Source of the DNA: a virus
Taxonomy: Duplodnaviria; Caudoviricetes
Virus record (IMG/VR): IMGVR_UViG_3300033388_003023
Span: 1-55,700 of that record
DNA length: 55,700 nt
Direction: 5' to 3' (one strand)
Part shown: piece by piece, positions 37,967 to 47,387 of the stretch
Numbering within the stretch: the stretch's first letter is position 1
Layout of the letters: each line of letters begins with the position of its first letter
The notes under the pieces: generated by a model
Database searches by the model: none
The model's input: the letters and a program-made list of their open reading frames with translations, nothing else
Told to the model about the DNA's origin: nothing
Position numbers and translations under genes: made by a program

Positions 37967-37992
37967 AAGCCCGGATTGATCAATCCGGGCTT
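37967..37992. repeat. Perfect 26-bp palindrome
   Basis: AAGCCCGGATTGATCAATCCGGGCTT is its own reverse complement. Confidence 0.9.
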
Positions 37993-38173
37993 ACTACATT
38001 TGCCATGTTAAATTTACTTTCCACCTGGCTTTCAACTTTAATTATATAAGCCGCAATAGTAATACCGGATTCTCTGCAATCTGATAAAGCTTGCTGAAAT
38101 TTTTGATATGATTCTTGCTGTTTTTGGATTTGTGTTTTCATGTTGACTCCAGTTTCAAATTAATAAAAAGTTA

Positions 38174-38371
38174 TTATAGCTTCGCTGTATCGTAATTACA
38201 TTCAACAATTCGCTTACCGTCCTTAATATATTTTTTCTCAAAATAACTACACTCTCCACAACGGAACGATCCAACTTTTTTTACCAATGATTCAAAACCT
38301 GTGTAACCTCTCATTTTATTAGGGCATGGCGTTTGACATATACTCTTTTTGATATAGTGTTCAACTTTCAT
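38174..38371 (-). CDS. Small Cys-rich protein
   Basis: CQTPCP...VGSFRCGECSYF. Confidence 0.6.
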   Translation of the reverse strand: MKVEHYIKKSICQTPCPNKMRGYTGFESLVKKVGSFRCGECSYFEKKYIKDGKRIVECNYDTAKL

Positions 38372-39447
38372 ATTGCCTCCTTAAACTTATCAAACCATTG
38401 CTCTTTTATTCTTGTTGCTATTTGTGCTGTCATTACTGGCGGGACTGACATTCCTATAAGGTAAGAAACTTTATTTGACATAAAATTATAATCATAAGGA
38501 TAGGCGCCGCCAAACATAATCGATTTATCAGATATATAATGCCCTGTATTAAAATCTGTTATTCCCCCTTTTGATGTTATTGTTGGCAACGGTTTTTTAT
38601 CTTTTGCAAAAACATCAGAAAAACATTTTTCCTTACCTTCTTCTCTTTTACAAATATCACTAAAATCATTATCACTTGCAATTCTTTTCAACCACCTTGA
38701 ATAATAAAGCTCTGTTTGTTTTCTTCCTAATCCTTCTTTTATATCGTAATATCGTAATTTTTTTTCGCGAAATCGTAAATTAACAGCAGGCTCATTTCCA
38801 AATAAATCACAAGTATCAATATGTTTAATTAAGTCATTCCGGATAGCATATAAAAAAACACGTTCCCTATTTTGAGGTACACCCATATCTGAGGCATTAA
38901 GTAAAAGGCGCCCAACTTTATAGCCTATTTTATTGAATTTATTCATGATTTCTGCTAAAAAATTAGAGGCTTCTCCAAGCAACAACCCTTTTACATTCTC
39001 AGCAACAATAACTTTCGGCTGCAATTCTTCAGCAACATCAATAAAATCAAAAAACAAAGTATCTAAAACTTGTTCCTGCTGGCCTTCTCTGAATTTCTTC
39101 TTCTTTCCCCAATCTTTTTCACGATTGCCAGACATTGAAAAACTTGAACAAGGTGGAGAACCATCAAGGATATCAAGATTGTATAATTCTTCAGGCAAGT
39201 CTTTTCTTTTTTTAAATTCTTGAATAGGCTCAACGTATTTATATTTAGGATTATGATTTTCGATATAACACTCTGCCATTTTAGGATCGATTTCGTTAAA
39301 TCCTATAACGTCAAATCCGGCCAACTTATAACCCATTGTTGAGCCGCCACCACAAGCAAAACAGCTAAATACTTTTAAGCCATTCTTTTTAGCGTCTTTG
39401 TAATTATCTGATAGTTTCCATTTGTATGGGAATTTATGTTCACTCAT
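38368..39447 (-). CDS. dcm: DNA (cytosine-5)-methyltransferase
   Basis: FACGGG motif I, GSPPC motif IV, ENV motif VI, QNRER motif VIII, GMSV motif X. Confidence 0.93.
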   Translation of the reverse strand: MSEHKFPYKWKLSDNYKDAKKNGLKVFSCFACGGGSTMGYKLAGFDVIGFNEIDPKMAECYIENHNPKYKYVEPIQEFKKRKDLPEELYNLDILDGSPPCSSFSMSGNREKDWGKKKKFREGQQEQVLDTLFFDFIDVAEELQPKVIVAENVKGLLLGEASNFLAEIMNKFNKIGYKVGRLLLNASDMGVPQNRERVFLYAIRNDLIKHIDTCDLFGNEPAVNLRFREKKLRYYDIKEGLGRKQTELYYSRWLKRIASDNDFSDICKREEGKEKCFSDVFAKDKKPLPTITSKGGITDFNTGHYISDKSIMFGGAYPYDYNFMSNKVSYLIGMSVPPVMTAQIATRIKEQWFDKFKEAI

Positions 39448-39686
39448 ATTGCCTCCTTAAACTTATTAGTAACCACATAATTATTAAACCTATTAAGCAT
39501 TAAATAGCCGTTTCTCTCTAAAAAAATAACGTCTGATGTTAAGACCTCACCGAAACCGGTTAAGTTGTTATTACTGCCGGAAATTATAAAACCGTCCTCA
39601 AAACAATTACCAGTAGCAGCCATCCAGGTTAGCGACATCCCTGATTTAATAGCTGCCAGTATCTGTGTGTGGGTTTTATTTAGCAT
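39444..39686 (-). CDS. Hypothetical protein
   Basis: Ends in KFKEAI, as the methyltransferase does. Confidence 0.55.
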   Translation of the reverse strand: MLNKTHTQILAAIKSGMSLTWMAATGNCFEDGFIISGSNNNLTGFGEVLTSDVIFLERNGYLMLNRFNNYVVTNKFKEAI

Positions 39687-39697
39687 TATTTCCTTTG

Positions 39698-39895
39698 TTA
39701 AACGACATATTGCCAGCCTGTTATAGTGTTGATATCGATTGGGTATCCATTCTCGCCATAATAATTAATATAACTGCCTTTCGATGATATTAATTCACAT
39801 GTGGTTGCTATTTTAAAATCTTTATTTTCAAAAAAAACCTTTACTGTTCGGCCCGGCAAAGGGTCTTTGTTTTGCATGAAATTAAGTACAGTCAT
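39698..39895 (-). CDS. Divergent DUF551-like protein
   Basis: PLPGRTV...ITGWQY, GGAGG RBS. Confidence 0.45.
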   Translation of the reverse strand: MTVLNFMQNKDPLPGRTVKVFFENKDFKIATTCELISSKGSYINYYGENGYPIDINTITGWQYVV

Positions 39896-40046
39896 TTAGT
39901 CCTCCTTTTCTCAAAATAATCAACAGCACACCTCAAAACCAAAATAGTCAGCATAAACACGATAAACGCTTTAGCCGGGCTGTCACAGTTTATGAAAGTT
40001 ATCGCTCCGGTGATAGCTATTGCCGTGATTGATATTAGTAGCTTCA

Positions 40047-40235
40047 TCATCCCTCCTCATTACGGTTAGTTTGTTTAAATAATACCTCAAGTCTAACTTT
40101 TATTTTTTCGGTTAACTCAAGTTTGTCCAAATCAGATAAAACAGGCATGGGCACAAAATCAATACCCGCCTCTTTTAAAACCTGAACTGCTTCAAGGGCT
40201 TGCCTCATAACAACAGGTGAACATTTTTCCATCAT
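40047..40235 (-). CDS. Hypothetical protein
   Basis: [13 protein letters not shown] motif, AAGGAG RBS. Confidence 0.6.
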   Translation of the reverse strand: MMEKCSPVVMRQALEAVQVLKEAGIDFVPMPVLSDLDKLELTEKIKVRLEVLFKQTNRNEEG

Positions 40236-40372
40236 TTCCGCTCCTTTTCTTTCTTATTAAGGTATTCAGTGACAGCGATTAAAGAAATAGTCCTCTTTGT
40301 CATTCCTGAAAATTCTTGTTCTTTCTTCATCTTTTCTTCAATTGTCTTTGGTAGTTTAATATCAACTCTCAT
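40232..40372 (-). CDS. Ribbon-helix-helix regulator (46 aa), first gene of the leftward operon
   Basis: Hand-translated [38 protein letters not shown]..., AAGGAG RBS. Confidence 0.65.
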   Translation of the reverse strand: MRVDIKLPKTIEEKMKKEQEFSGMTKRTISLIAVTEYLNKKEKERK

Positions 40373-40405
40373 TTGTTCTCCTTATTAAAGTTAGTTTATA
40401 ACTGG

Positions 40406-40434
40406 ACAATATATGGATAAAGGATGGAAGTCAA
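40406..40434 (-). promoter_or_regulatory. Leftward sigma70-type promoter
   Basis: TTGACT-17 bp-TATTGT on the - strand. Confidence 0.7.
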
Positions 40435-40458
40435 GTGAATAAAAAAAGAATTTTATAC

Positions 40459-40487
40459 TTGACAACACAAAACAGATAATTTAAAGT
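40459..40487 (+). promoter_or_regulatory. Rightward sigma70-type promoter
   Basis: TTGACA-17 bp-TAAAGT with an upstream A-tract. Confidence 0.7.
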
Positions 40488-40521
40488 TACTCAGAATCTA
40501 ATTTTAAAAAGGAGAGAGATT

Positions 40522-40881
40522 ATGAAGATTAGCAATCAAAGTATAATGCACATTATTATGGCGATATCAGAGGCAAAGGAATATGAGTGGGATGAAGAAT
40601 TTAAACTTAAATATATCTTTAAAAGATATGAAGAACTGCAAAATTCATTTTCTGATATAGATTTTGAACAATTACAGGAAGATGAATTATTAGAATTAGG
40701 TTTTAGATTTTGGGATGACGATATAATCTTGATTCCACTATGGCTTTTAAATAACATTAAAGATGGAACTATTGTTATTTCAATTTCTGGTAAAGTTCTC
40801 GTAAAAGGAAAGCACTATATTGATAAAGATGTTAGATGTGGCTGTCTTGCTTTGGGATTTTTAAGGAAATATATCGGATGA
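40522..40881 (+). CDS. Hypothetical phage protein
   Basis: AGGAG RBS, LGFRFWD...LIPLWL...DKDVRCGCLALG. Confidence 0.7.
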   Translation: MKISNQSIMHIIMAISEAKEYEWDEEFKLKYIFKRYEELQNSFSDIDFEQLQEDELLELGFRFWDDDIILIPLWLLNNIKDGTIVISISGKVLVKGKHYIDKDVRCGCLALGFLRKYIG

Positions 40882-40948
40882 AAAAGCAAATAACAGAAAG
40901 TGACACACGAAAATCAAACTGTAACATGGGAAGCAAAAGGAGAGGCAA

Positions 40949-41233
40949 ATGAATAACTCGCAAGTAGTAGCAGAAATCTTAAAAGGATTTGAAGAACTTG
41001 AAGATAAACGAGCTGGTATAGATATAGAATCAGAAAAATATACTTTTTGTTTTCATTCTATGGGACCACTTCCCAAATTTACAGCATTTTTAATAGGGGA
41101 CTATAGTGACGATAATGCTGAATTCGACTCTATGAGTGGGATAGTTGCCACTATAAAGAAGGGCAAGTATTCAAAAGATGAAATAAGCGAAATGAAAACA
41201 GAGCTTGGGGCATGGCTGAGAGAAGAGTCATAA
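40949..41233 (+). CDS. Hypothetical acidic protein
   Basis: ORF with RBS. Confidence 0.6.
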   Translation: MNNSQVVAEILKGFEELEDKRAGIDIESEKYTFCFHSMGPLPKFTAFLIGDYSDDNAEFDSMSGIVATIKKGKYSKDEISEMKTELGAWLREES

Positions 41234-41391
41234 TGTGTAACGGAATCATATTAAACAATAATCAATATTGTCCGCATGAAATCAAAAGCGGTCCTAATTG
41301 GGGTGATTGTGCAAAACCAAAACGGTTAACGTGCCCTGAAACTTTAGAGGAAGAAGAACAAGAGGAGATTGAAGAAGATGACAGAGAATAA
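41233..41391 (+). CDS. 52-aa Cys-containing protein with acidic tail
   Basis: Hand-translated ...CPETLEEEEQEEIEEDDRE, stop/start coupled to the upstream gene. Confidence 0.5.
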   Translation: MCNGIILNNNQYCPHEIKSGPNWGDCAKPKRLTCPETLEEEEQEEIEEDDRE

Positions 41392-42403
41392 TTTATGTAC
41401 TGTAACCGGAAATTTGATTGTAGCGAAAGAAGTTTTTACGGATGGTGGAGCCGAGAAGTTGCTTAAGCCTTTGAGGGAAAAGTTGACCCAATTTGTACCG
41501 GATCTTACAACAAAAAAGAGCCGTGCTGAAATAGCATCCTTTGCGGCAAAGTTTAGCAAGTCAAAAACACTTGTTGACAAGCTCGGCAAGGTGCTTAAAG
41601 ACGAATACAAGGTGTTGATTGACCCTATTGATAAAGAGCGTAAAATCTTCCGTGATGCATGTGACGAAATGAGAGACGAGGCAAGAAAGCCGTTGACTGA
41701 CTGGGAAACGGAACAGGATCGTATCGTAGAACTTGAAAGAAAACGTGTTGAAATGGAACTTGATTGGGACGATGCCCTTGCAGAAGACGACCTCTTCAAC
41801 CGTGAACGTGAAATGAAGAAAAAAGAAGAAGCCCAGTCTAAAGCAGAAGCCGAAAAACTCGCAAAAGAAAAAGCTGAGCGAGACGAAAAAGCTCGTATCG
41901 ATTATGAGGCCAAGGTTAAAAAAGAAGCTGATGAAAGAGCAATTCAAGCATCCGAAGAAGCTCTATTAAAAGAACAACAGGAAAAAGAAAGATTAATACT
42001 TGAAGCCCACAATCGGGAAAAACAAGCAAAAATTGACGCTGAAAATGCTGAAAAACAACGCCTTGAAGATATTGAGACAGAAAAGCAGAGGGTTGAGAAG
42101 GAAAAGCTGGAAGCTGCGGAAAAAGCCGAACGTGAAAAACAGGAAGCCCTTGCAGAACAGAAGCGGCAACAGGAAGCAAGTGACAAACTCCTGGCCAACA
42201 ATCTGGCTAAAGAAAAGGAAATTTCAGACAGGAAAGCTGCAAATCTTAATCACCAAAAATCGGTTAACCGTAAGGCCGTTGCAAAACTTATGCAGGTCGA
42301 GCTTTCCGGGAGCGGAAACCATTATTTAACAGAAGATCAGGCATTTAAAATCGCCAGCGACATTGTTAAGAATCCAATCGATGAAATCACAATTAATTAT
42401 TAA
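41378..42403 (+). CDS. Coiled-coil phage protein of the recombination module
   Basis: PDLTTKKSRAEIASFAAKFSKSKT...RKPLTDWE plus a long EK-rich coil. Confidence 0.75.
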   Translation: MTENNLCTVTGNLIVAKEVFTDGGAEKLLKPLREKLTQFVPDLTTKKSRAEIASFAAKFSKSKTLVDKLGKVLKDEYKVLIDPIDKERKIFRDACDEMRDEARKPLTDWETEQDRIVELERKRVEMELDWDDALAEDDLFNREREMKKKEEAQSKAEAEKLAKEKAERDEKARIDYEAKVKKEADERAIQASEEALLKEQQEKERLILEAHNREKQAKIDAENAEKQRLEDIETEKQRVEKEKLEAAEKAEREKQEALAEQKRQQEASDKLLANNLAKEKEISDRKAANLNHQKSVNRKAVAKLMQVELSGSGNHYLTEDQAFKIASDIVKNPIDEITINY

Positions 42404-42413
42404 GGGGTATATC

Positions 42414-43145
42414 GTGGAAGAAACTAAAAAAGAAATGACCGTTATCGAAGTTCCGGTAAGAGATATTGTAAGTACTGATAGCTATTATGATCGTATAATA
42501 GAAATGGCAATTGAAAGTACCGACCTTGACAAGATTGAAAAGTTTATGGATCTTAAAGAAAGGCATGAAGCTAACGAAGCAAGAAAAGCCTTCCATTTTG
42601 CTATGGCTGAATTTAAAAAACAACCTATATTGATAGGAAAGGACAAGAAAAACACACAGTATAACTCAATGTATACAACTATAGGAAATCTTGTTAATAC
42701 TATTGCCCCAACACTCGGAAAACACGGCTTGTCTCATAAATGGGATATCGAACAGTCTTCAGATGGAATGGTAAAAGTTACATGCGTTGCAACTCATAGC
42801 TTAGGTTATTCTGATAGCTGTTCTATGTTTGCGCCTCCAGATAAATCAGGTGCAAAAAATGCAATTCAGCAAATAAAATCAACAAGAACTTATCTACAGG
42901 CTGCAACTTTTGAATCGTTGTTTGGACTTGCATCTTCAGATGCGAATATAAATGATGATGGGAACAGCTCGGCCCTTGTTGAATGTATCGGTGAAAAACA
43001 GATAAGCCAATTAACCGACATGCTGCTTGCTATCGAGAAATCAGAGAGCGATTATTGCAAGTATTTAAAAGTCAGTAGTCTTGAAAATATTCCACTAAAC
43101 ATGTTTAGCCAATGTGTTATTGATTTAAAGCCGGAGGACGCATAA
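42414..43145 (+). CDS. erf: ERF-family single-strand annealing protein
   Basis: EARKAFHFAMAEF...LGKHGLSHKW...NAIQQIKSTRTYLQ...DDGN. Confidence 0.85.
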   Translation: MEETKKEMTVIEVPVRDIVSTDSYYDRIIEMAIESTDLDKIEKFMDLKERHEANEARKAFHFAMAEFKKQPILIGKDKKNTQYNSMYTTIGNLVNTIAPTLGKHGLSHKWDIEQSSDGMVKVTCVATHSLGYSDSCSMFAPPDKSGAKNAIQQIKSTRTYLQAATFESLFGLASSDANINDDGNSSALVECIGEKQISQLTDMLLAIEKSESDYCKYLKVSSLENIPLNMFSQCVIDLKPEDA

Positions 43146-43754
43146 ATGATAATTGAAAATTCATTTAAACAACACGATCCTGAATGGCTCGACGCTCGGC
43201 TCGATTCTATTGGCGGCACAGATATCCCGAAGATAATTACCACAAAAGGAGTAAGATCCGGGTCAAGGGATGATTTTATAATTGACAAAGCAAGCCAGAT
43301 AATAACCCGAAGAACAAAGTCGATATATCCATCATACGAAATGCTATGGGGGACGGAGCATGAACCCGCTGCGAGAAGACTGTTTGAATGGAAAAAAAAT
43401 ATAGAACTTTCAGAATGTGCTATGATTTTCAGCGATGAAGAAAGAAACTGGCACATAAGCCCGGACGGATTCAACGAGCCCTTAAAATTTGGATGGGAGG
43501 TAAAATGCCCGCAGCTAAAAGAATTCAGAAAGACCGTTGAAGGTGGCAAGCTCCCCACTAAACATATCCTACAGGTACAAACAAGCCTTGCATTGACAGG
43601 ATGGGACAAATGGGGGTTTATGTCCTTCTTTCCAGGGCTAAAACCTTTTATGATTGAAGTTGAACGGGATGAAAAATTAATCCGTATAATTCAGGTTGAG
43701 GTCCGAATGTTTATTAATGACCTGACTGAATACATCGAGCAGATCAAGCAATAA
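43146..43754 (+). CDS. YqaJ/lambda-type exonuclease
   Basis: EWLDARL...WGTEHEPAAR...SPDG...EVKCP...QVQ. Confidence 0.9.
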   Translation: MIIENSFKQHDPEWLDARLDSIGGTDIPKIITTKGVRSGSRDDFIIDKASQIITRRTKSIYPSYEMLWGTEHEPAARRLFEWKKNIELSECAMIFSDEERNWHISPDGFNEPLKFGWEVKCPQLKEFRKTVEGGKLPTKHILQVQTSLALTGWDKWGFMSFFPGLKPFMIEVERDEKLIRIIQVEVRMFINDLTEYIEQIKQ

Positions 43755-43774
43755 CAACTAACCAGCTAAAGGAG

Positions 43775-44005
43775 ATGATTATGAAATGGATAAATTGTGG
43801 AGATTGGCTCCCAGAATTAAAAGATGATTCTGTATTAGTATATTTTAGCGTAACAGGCTCAATTGAAACTGTACATATTGAGGATTATTTTGCAGATATA
43901 ACAGCTGGCATAGACGACAAGGGAAACCAGCTGTACTCTAAGTGGTATAAAAACACAAGCGTAACACACTGGATGGAGCTGCCAGAACCACCAAATAAAG
44001 AATAA
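43775..44005 (+). CDS. DUF551-like protein
   Basis: KWINCGDWLPE...VTHWMELPEPP. Confidence 0.85.
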   Translation: MIMKWINCGDWLPELKDDSVLVYFSVTGSIETVHIEDYFADITAGIDDKGNQLYSKWYKNTSVTHWMELPEPPNKE

Positions 44006-44027
44006 CAACCAACACGGAGGTCGAGAT

Positions 44028-44399
44028 ATGGAAAGAGAGATAGAATTTAAAGCAATATATTCATACGATAATCCACCAATAATTTTCGAGCAAGTTGAAA
44101 TTGACGGTGAGTTATTTTTTTATAACAAAATACATGATCTGACCCATCCGTTTACTGTCCCGTTTTTAGACGACGATTGGACGTTGCTACAATACATCGG
44201 GCATAACGACAAATACGGGGTAAAAATATTCAGAGGCGATATATACACACAAGGATGCAGTAATATTAAATATGAAGTTATATTTAGGGGCTGTGGCTTT
44301 GTCGGTAGGCAGGTTAATAATAATAGTTTAGTCGGGATTTCACATTTCATCAAAAGCATTGTAATCTGCGGCAACATACACGAACAGGCCAGCAAATGA
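44028..44399 (+). CDS. YopX-family protein
   Basis: MEREIEFKA...LLQYIGHNDKYGVKIFRGDI...CGNIHE. Confidence 0.85.
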   Translation: MEREIEFKAIYSYDNPPIIFEQVEIDGELFFYNKIHDLTHPFTVPFLDDDWTLLQYIGHNDKYGVKIFRGDIYTQGCSNIKYEVIFRGCGFVGRQVNNNSLVGISHFIKSIVICGNIHEQASK

Positions 44400-44553
44400 A
44401 AAAACGATACACAATATTAAAATTCTGGCGCATTAGAATTTGGATCTCATATGAGAATGGATTGCAAAAAAAGTTTAAGATTGGGCTTAACATGTGGAGC
44501 GAAAAACTTCATAAGCAAATTAAAACATTAAAAAAGAGGAAGAGGGAGAGAGT

Positions 44554-44817
44554 ATGAGCGACCAATGTAAGAATTGTTTAGTAAGGGGCGATTATCATGA
44601 ATGCATAAAAACAAAATGCTTTCATCATGAAAACTGGATAAGTAAACAAAGAATAAAAAGAATTAAAGAACTTGAAGAAACTATTAAGGCAGCTATTAGA
44701 ATAAAAGATTTATGGACCTATAATGAAAAACACGTTGCCCTTAAATATTTAGGAGAAGTCCAGGCAATAAACTCAATGTTAAGATCATTTGAAAATGTTC
44801 TACAGGTCAGCGAATGA
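44554..44817 (+). CDS. Hypothetical protein
   Basis: CxxC...C...C N-terminus. Confidence 0.55.
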   Translation: MSDQCKNCLVRGDYHECIKTKCFHHENWISKQRIKRIKELEETIKAAIRIKDLWTYNEKHVALKYLGEVQAINSMLRSFENVLQVSE

Positions 44818-45245
44818 AAAAGAAACATATTCTTTATGCCAAAATAAAAGAAGATAAAACAGGGTTTGCATGGGAAAAACCATACGATTTAACAAATTTA
44901 CCCGCCAAACTTGAAAAATACGGGAGACTGAAAATAACATTTGAGCAATATGTTCCGCTAAAATCGCATAAACAGCTTGGATATTATTTCGGCGGCATTT
45001 TGCCATATCTTGAAAAAGAATTATATACAGCGACAGGAATGGTTAAGGATGAGTGGCACATCGAACTTAAAGACAGGTTCGGGATTAAAGATAAAGATTT
45101 AAGCGACACATTTACAAAAATACGATCACTGAGGCTATATTCAGAAAAAGAAATGGCCCTATTTATTACTCAAATTATTAACTGGATTTATGATTTTTTC
45201 CAGGTGAAAGTACCACCACCGACGGCAATCGAAGAATATATTTAA
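44814..45245 (+). CDS. NinB/YbcN-like recombination accessory protein
   Basis: KSHKQLGYYFG...HIELKDRF...SLRLYSEKEMALFITQI pattern. Confidence 0.6.
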   Translation: MKKKHILYAKIKEDKTGFAWEKPYDLTNLPAKLEKYGRLKITFEQYVPLKSHKQLGYYFGGILPYLEKELYTATGMVKDEWHIELKDRFGIKDKDLSDTFTKIRSLRLYSEKEMALFITQIINWIYDFFQVKVPPPTAIEEYI

Positions 45246-45457
45246 CGAAGTTAAAGAGAGTATAAAAAGGAGATAGCTGTGTCGTTAGAGATAAATAAAA
45301 ACAGTAAGTGGGGTAAATCATCAAGACTGAAAAGACGAATTAATGGGTTCATTGCTTATATTATGTGTGCATTTTTAAGCTTATATGCACCAGAAGCTGT
45401 AGATATGGCGCTATACAAGGAGCTTAAAGAACAGTTTCAACAATAAAGGGAGATGAT

Positions 45458-46084
45458 ATGGAATACAAAATCAACATACATTCACACACAATATTTTCAG
45501 ACGGGTTAAACTCTCCATATGTAATGGCCTTAAAAGCAAAAGAACTTGGCTTTACAGCCTTGGTTATAACAGATCATTTTTATGGTAGGAAAGATGATAA
45601 CGGTTTATCAAAATTAAAATATAGACTACTTAAAGAAGCTTGTAGAGAAGCCAAGAGGGTATTGCCTGTAATTATCGGAATAGAGTATACATTCGGGAAA
45701 GAAGATGTTTTGATTTTTGGTGCAACATTCATAAAAAGAATTTTAGAATTCAGACCGTTTAAACCAGATATTAATTGGATGCTTGATTGTAAAAAAGCTC
45801 ATAACGGGGCTTGTATATTGTGCCATCCATGCAGACCGAAAAACTGGAAATATTTAAGACCTTTGCTCGACGGATACGAAAGGTATAATTCAGGCGCTGA
45901 TTTATTCTCAAGGAACAGGGCTTTTTGCTCGTTGCAAAACTTGCCGTCATGGTGTAATAGCGATGCACACAGAGTCAAGGTTTTAGATTGGGCTTATAAT
46001 ACCGTTGATAGTAAGATCGAGACTGAGGGGGATTTGATCAAATATATCAAACGAGGCAAGCAACCCGAGCATTTTATAAAATAA
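45458..46084 (+). CDS. PHP-family phosphoesterase
   Basis: HSHTIFSDG...ITDH...GIE...CHP...SDAH metal ligands. Confidence 0.88.
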   Translation: MEYKINIHSHTIFSDGLNSPYVMALKAKELGFTALVITDHFYGRKDDNGLSKLKYRLLKEACREAKRVLPVIIGIEYTFGKEDVLIFGATFIKRILEFRPFKPDINWMLDCKKAHNGACILCHPCRPKNWKYLRPLLDGYERYNSGADLFSRNRAFCSLQNLPSWCNSDAHRVKVLDWAYNTVDSKIETEGDLIKYIKRGKQPEHFIK

Positions 46085-46288
46085 TTCGCAAAACAATAGG
46101 AGGCTTTAATGTCAATCAGAATAGAATTAAAAAAAGGCAGTGATCCAGAATATAAAAAATTAATAAAAATGGCAAAAAAAGACAAAGTTTTTAAGGCTTG
46201 CGGAAATCCAGATGATCCATGGGTGATACTAAAATTTGAAACAGAGCCAGAGTTTAATGCATGGCTATGGATTCGGGGAAAATAAATA

Positions 46289-46534
46289 ATGAATAAAGTA
46301 ATCCCAATACCAAAGCCCGGCAAGGATCATGTTAAGCTATCGCCACATAAATACATAAAGTTGAGAGAAAAAGTATTTATTCGCGATGGATGGTGCTGCA
46401 TAGAGTGCGGAACAACCCAAAATCTCACCCTATCCCATAAGATCCATAAAGGTATGGGCGGCGGGAAAGGGCCGGGTGATACCGAAGGTAACACCTGTTG
46501 CATGTGTATGGCTTGTCACACGGAAAACTGTTGA
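46289..46534 (+). CDS. HNH endonuclease-like protein
   Basis: RDGWCCIECG...SHK...GN...CMACH. The stop codon overlaps the downstream -35 box. Confidence 0.75.
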   Translation: MNKVIPIPKPGKDHVKLSPHKYIKLREKVFIRDGWCCIECGTTQNLTLSHKIHKGMGGGKGPGDTEGNTCCMCMACHTENC

Positions 46535-46559
46535 CACCGTAAACAACCTATGTTAATCT
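46531..46559 (+). promoter_or_regulatory. Sigma70-type promoter, cassette 1
   Basis: TTGACA-17 bp-TAATCT with extended TGn. Confidence 0.7.
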
Positions 46560-46609
46560 GTAGTTAAGGAAGTGAGAGAAACATAAACGATTAACCGGGA
46601 GAATGGAAA

Positions 46610-46828
46610 ATGACAAAATTAAACTACCGACACAGCATTAAAACTTTAAATATTCAATTAAGAAAAGCAGGGAAAAAAGAAAGAGTTGAATTTAAACATG
46701 CTCAGGCCGGAAACGATGTGTACAGAGTGATAGAGCCTTGTGATAATTTTAACAGCAGCTGTGAATGCGGAATATATTATACTAAAACGGATCTTGTAGA
46801 ATTTGTAAGCGATACAATAAATAATTAA
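46610..46828 (+). CDS. Hypothetical protein (cassette 1)
   Basis: GGGAG RBS, followed by a UACG-tetraloop hairpin. Confidence 0.65.
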   Translation: MTKLNYRHSIKTLNIQLRKAGKKERVEFKHAQAGNDVYRVIEPCDNFNSSCECGIYYTKTDLVEFVSDTINN

Positions 46829-46863
46829 CCTAAAAGCCCCCTCTACGGAGGGCAAAGGGCAAA

Positions 46864-47064
46864 ATGAAAGATTACATAAATCAGGACATAAAAGCCAGGG
46901 CCCTAAGCCAATCAAAATACGCCGACCTTCTTGGAGTCAGCCGATCACTCGTTACGATGTGGCTCAACGGCGATAGGTTCCCGTCAATCAGGGTTTTAAT
47001 GTTATTGCAGCTCTCGACAAGGAAAATCGAGATATTAAAAAAAAGTGCAAATAATATTAAATAA
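46864..47064 (+). CDS. XRE/Cro-like HTH protein
   Basis: LSQSKYADLLGVSRSLVTMWLNGDRFPS. Confidence 0.85.
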   Translation: MKDYINQDIKARALSQSKYADLLGVSRSLVTMWLNGDRFPSIRVLMLLQLSTRKIEILKKSANNIK

Positions 47065-47068
47065 ACTG

Positions 47069-47097
47069 TTGACATGGTGAACCGCCCGTGATACTTA
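47069..47097 (+). promoter_or_regulatory. Sigma70-type promoter, cassette 2
   Basis: AAACTGTTGACA is shared with cassette 1. The -10 region TGATACTT is less canonical. Confidence 0.55.
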
Positions 47098-47144
47098 TTA
47101 ATTAAGAGATTAAGAAACATAAACGATTAACAGGGAGATAGAAA

Positions 47145-47387
47145 ATGAAAATTACAAAAAAAGAAATAGCAAAAAACACACAAGTAACAAGTCTAAGTTT
47201 TGATAATTTTCAGTACCGTGTCGAGATAGGCGGCGTACACTTCGAAGCAAGAAATGATAATCAAATAATTAACGTTAATGATAGAGAATTATCTATAGAG
47301 TTGGCAAAACGTGAAAACTATTTAGAAGTTGGGAGCAAAAAAGATTTTACTGATGCTGTTTATAAAATAACAAACAACTTAATATAA
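47145..47387 (+). CDS. Hypothetical protein (cassette 2)
   Basis: GGGAG RBS, followed by a UUCG-tetraloop hairpin. Confidence 0.65.
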   Translation: MKITKKEIAKNTQVTSLSFDNFQYRVEIGGVHFEARNDNQIINVNDRELSIELAKRENYLEVGSKKDFTDAVYKITNNLI

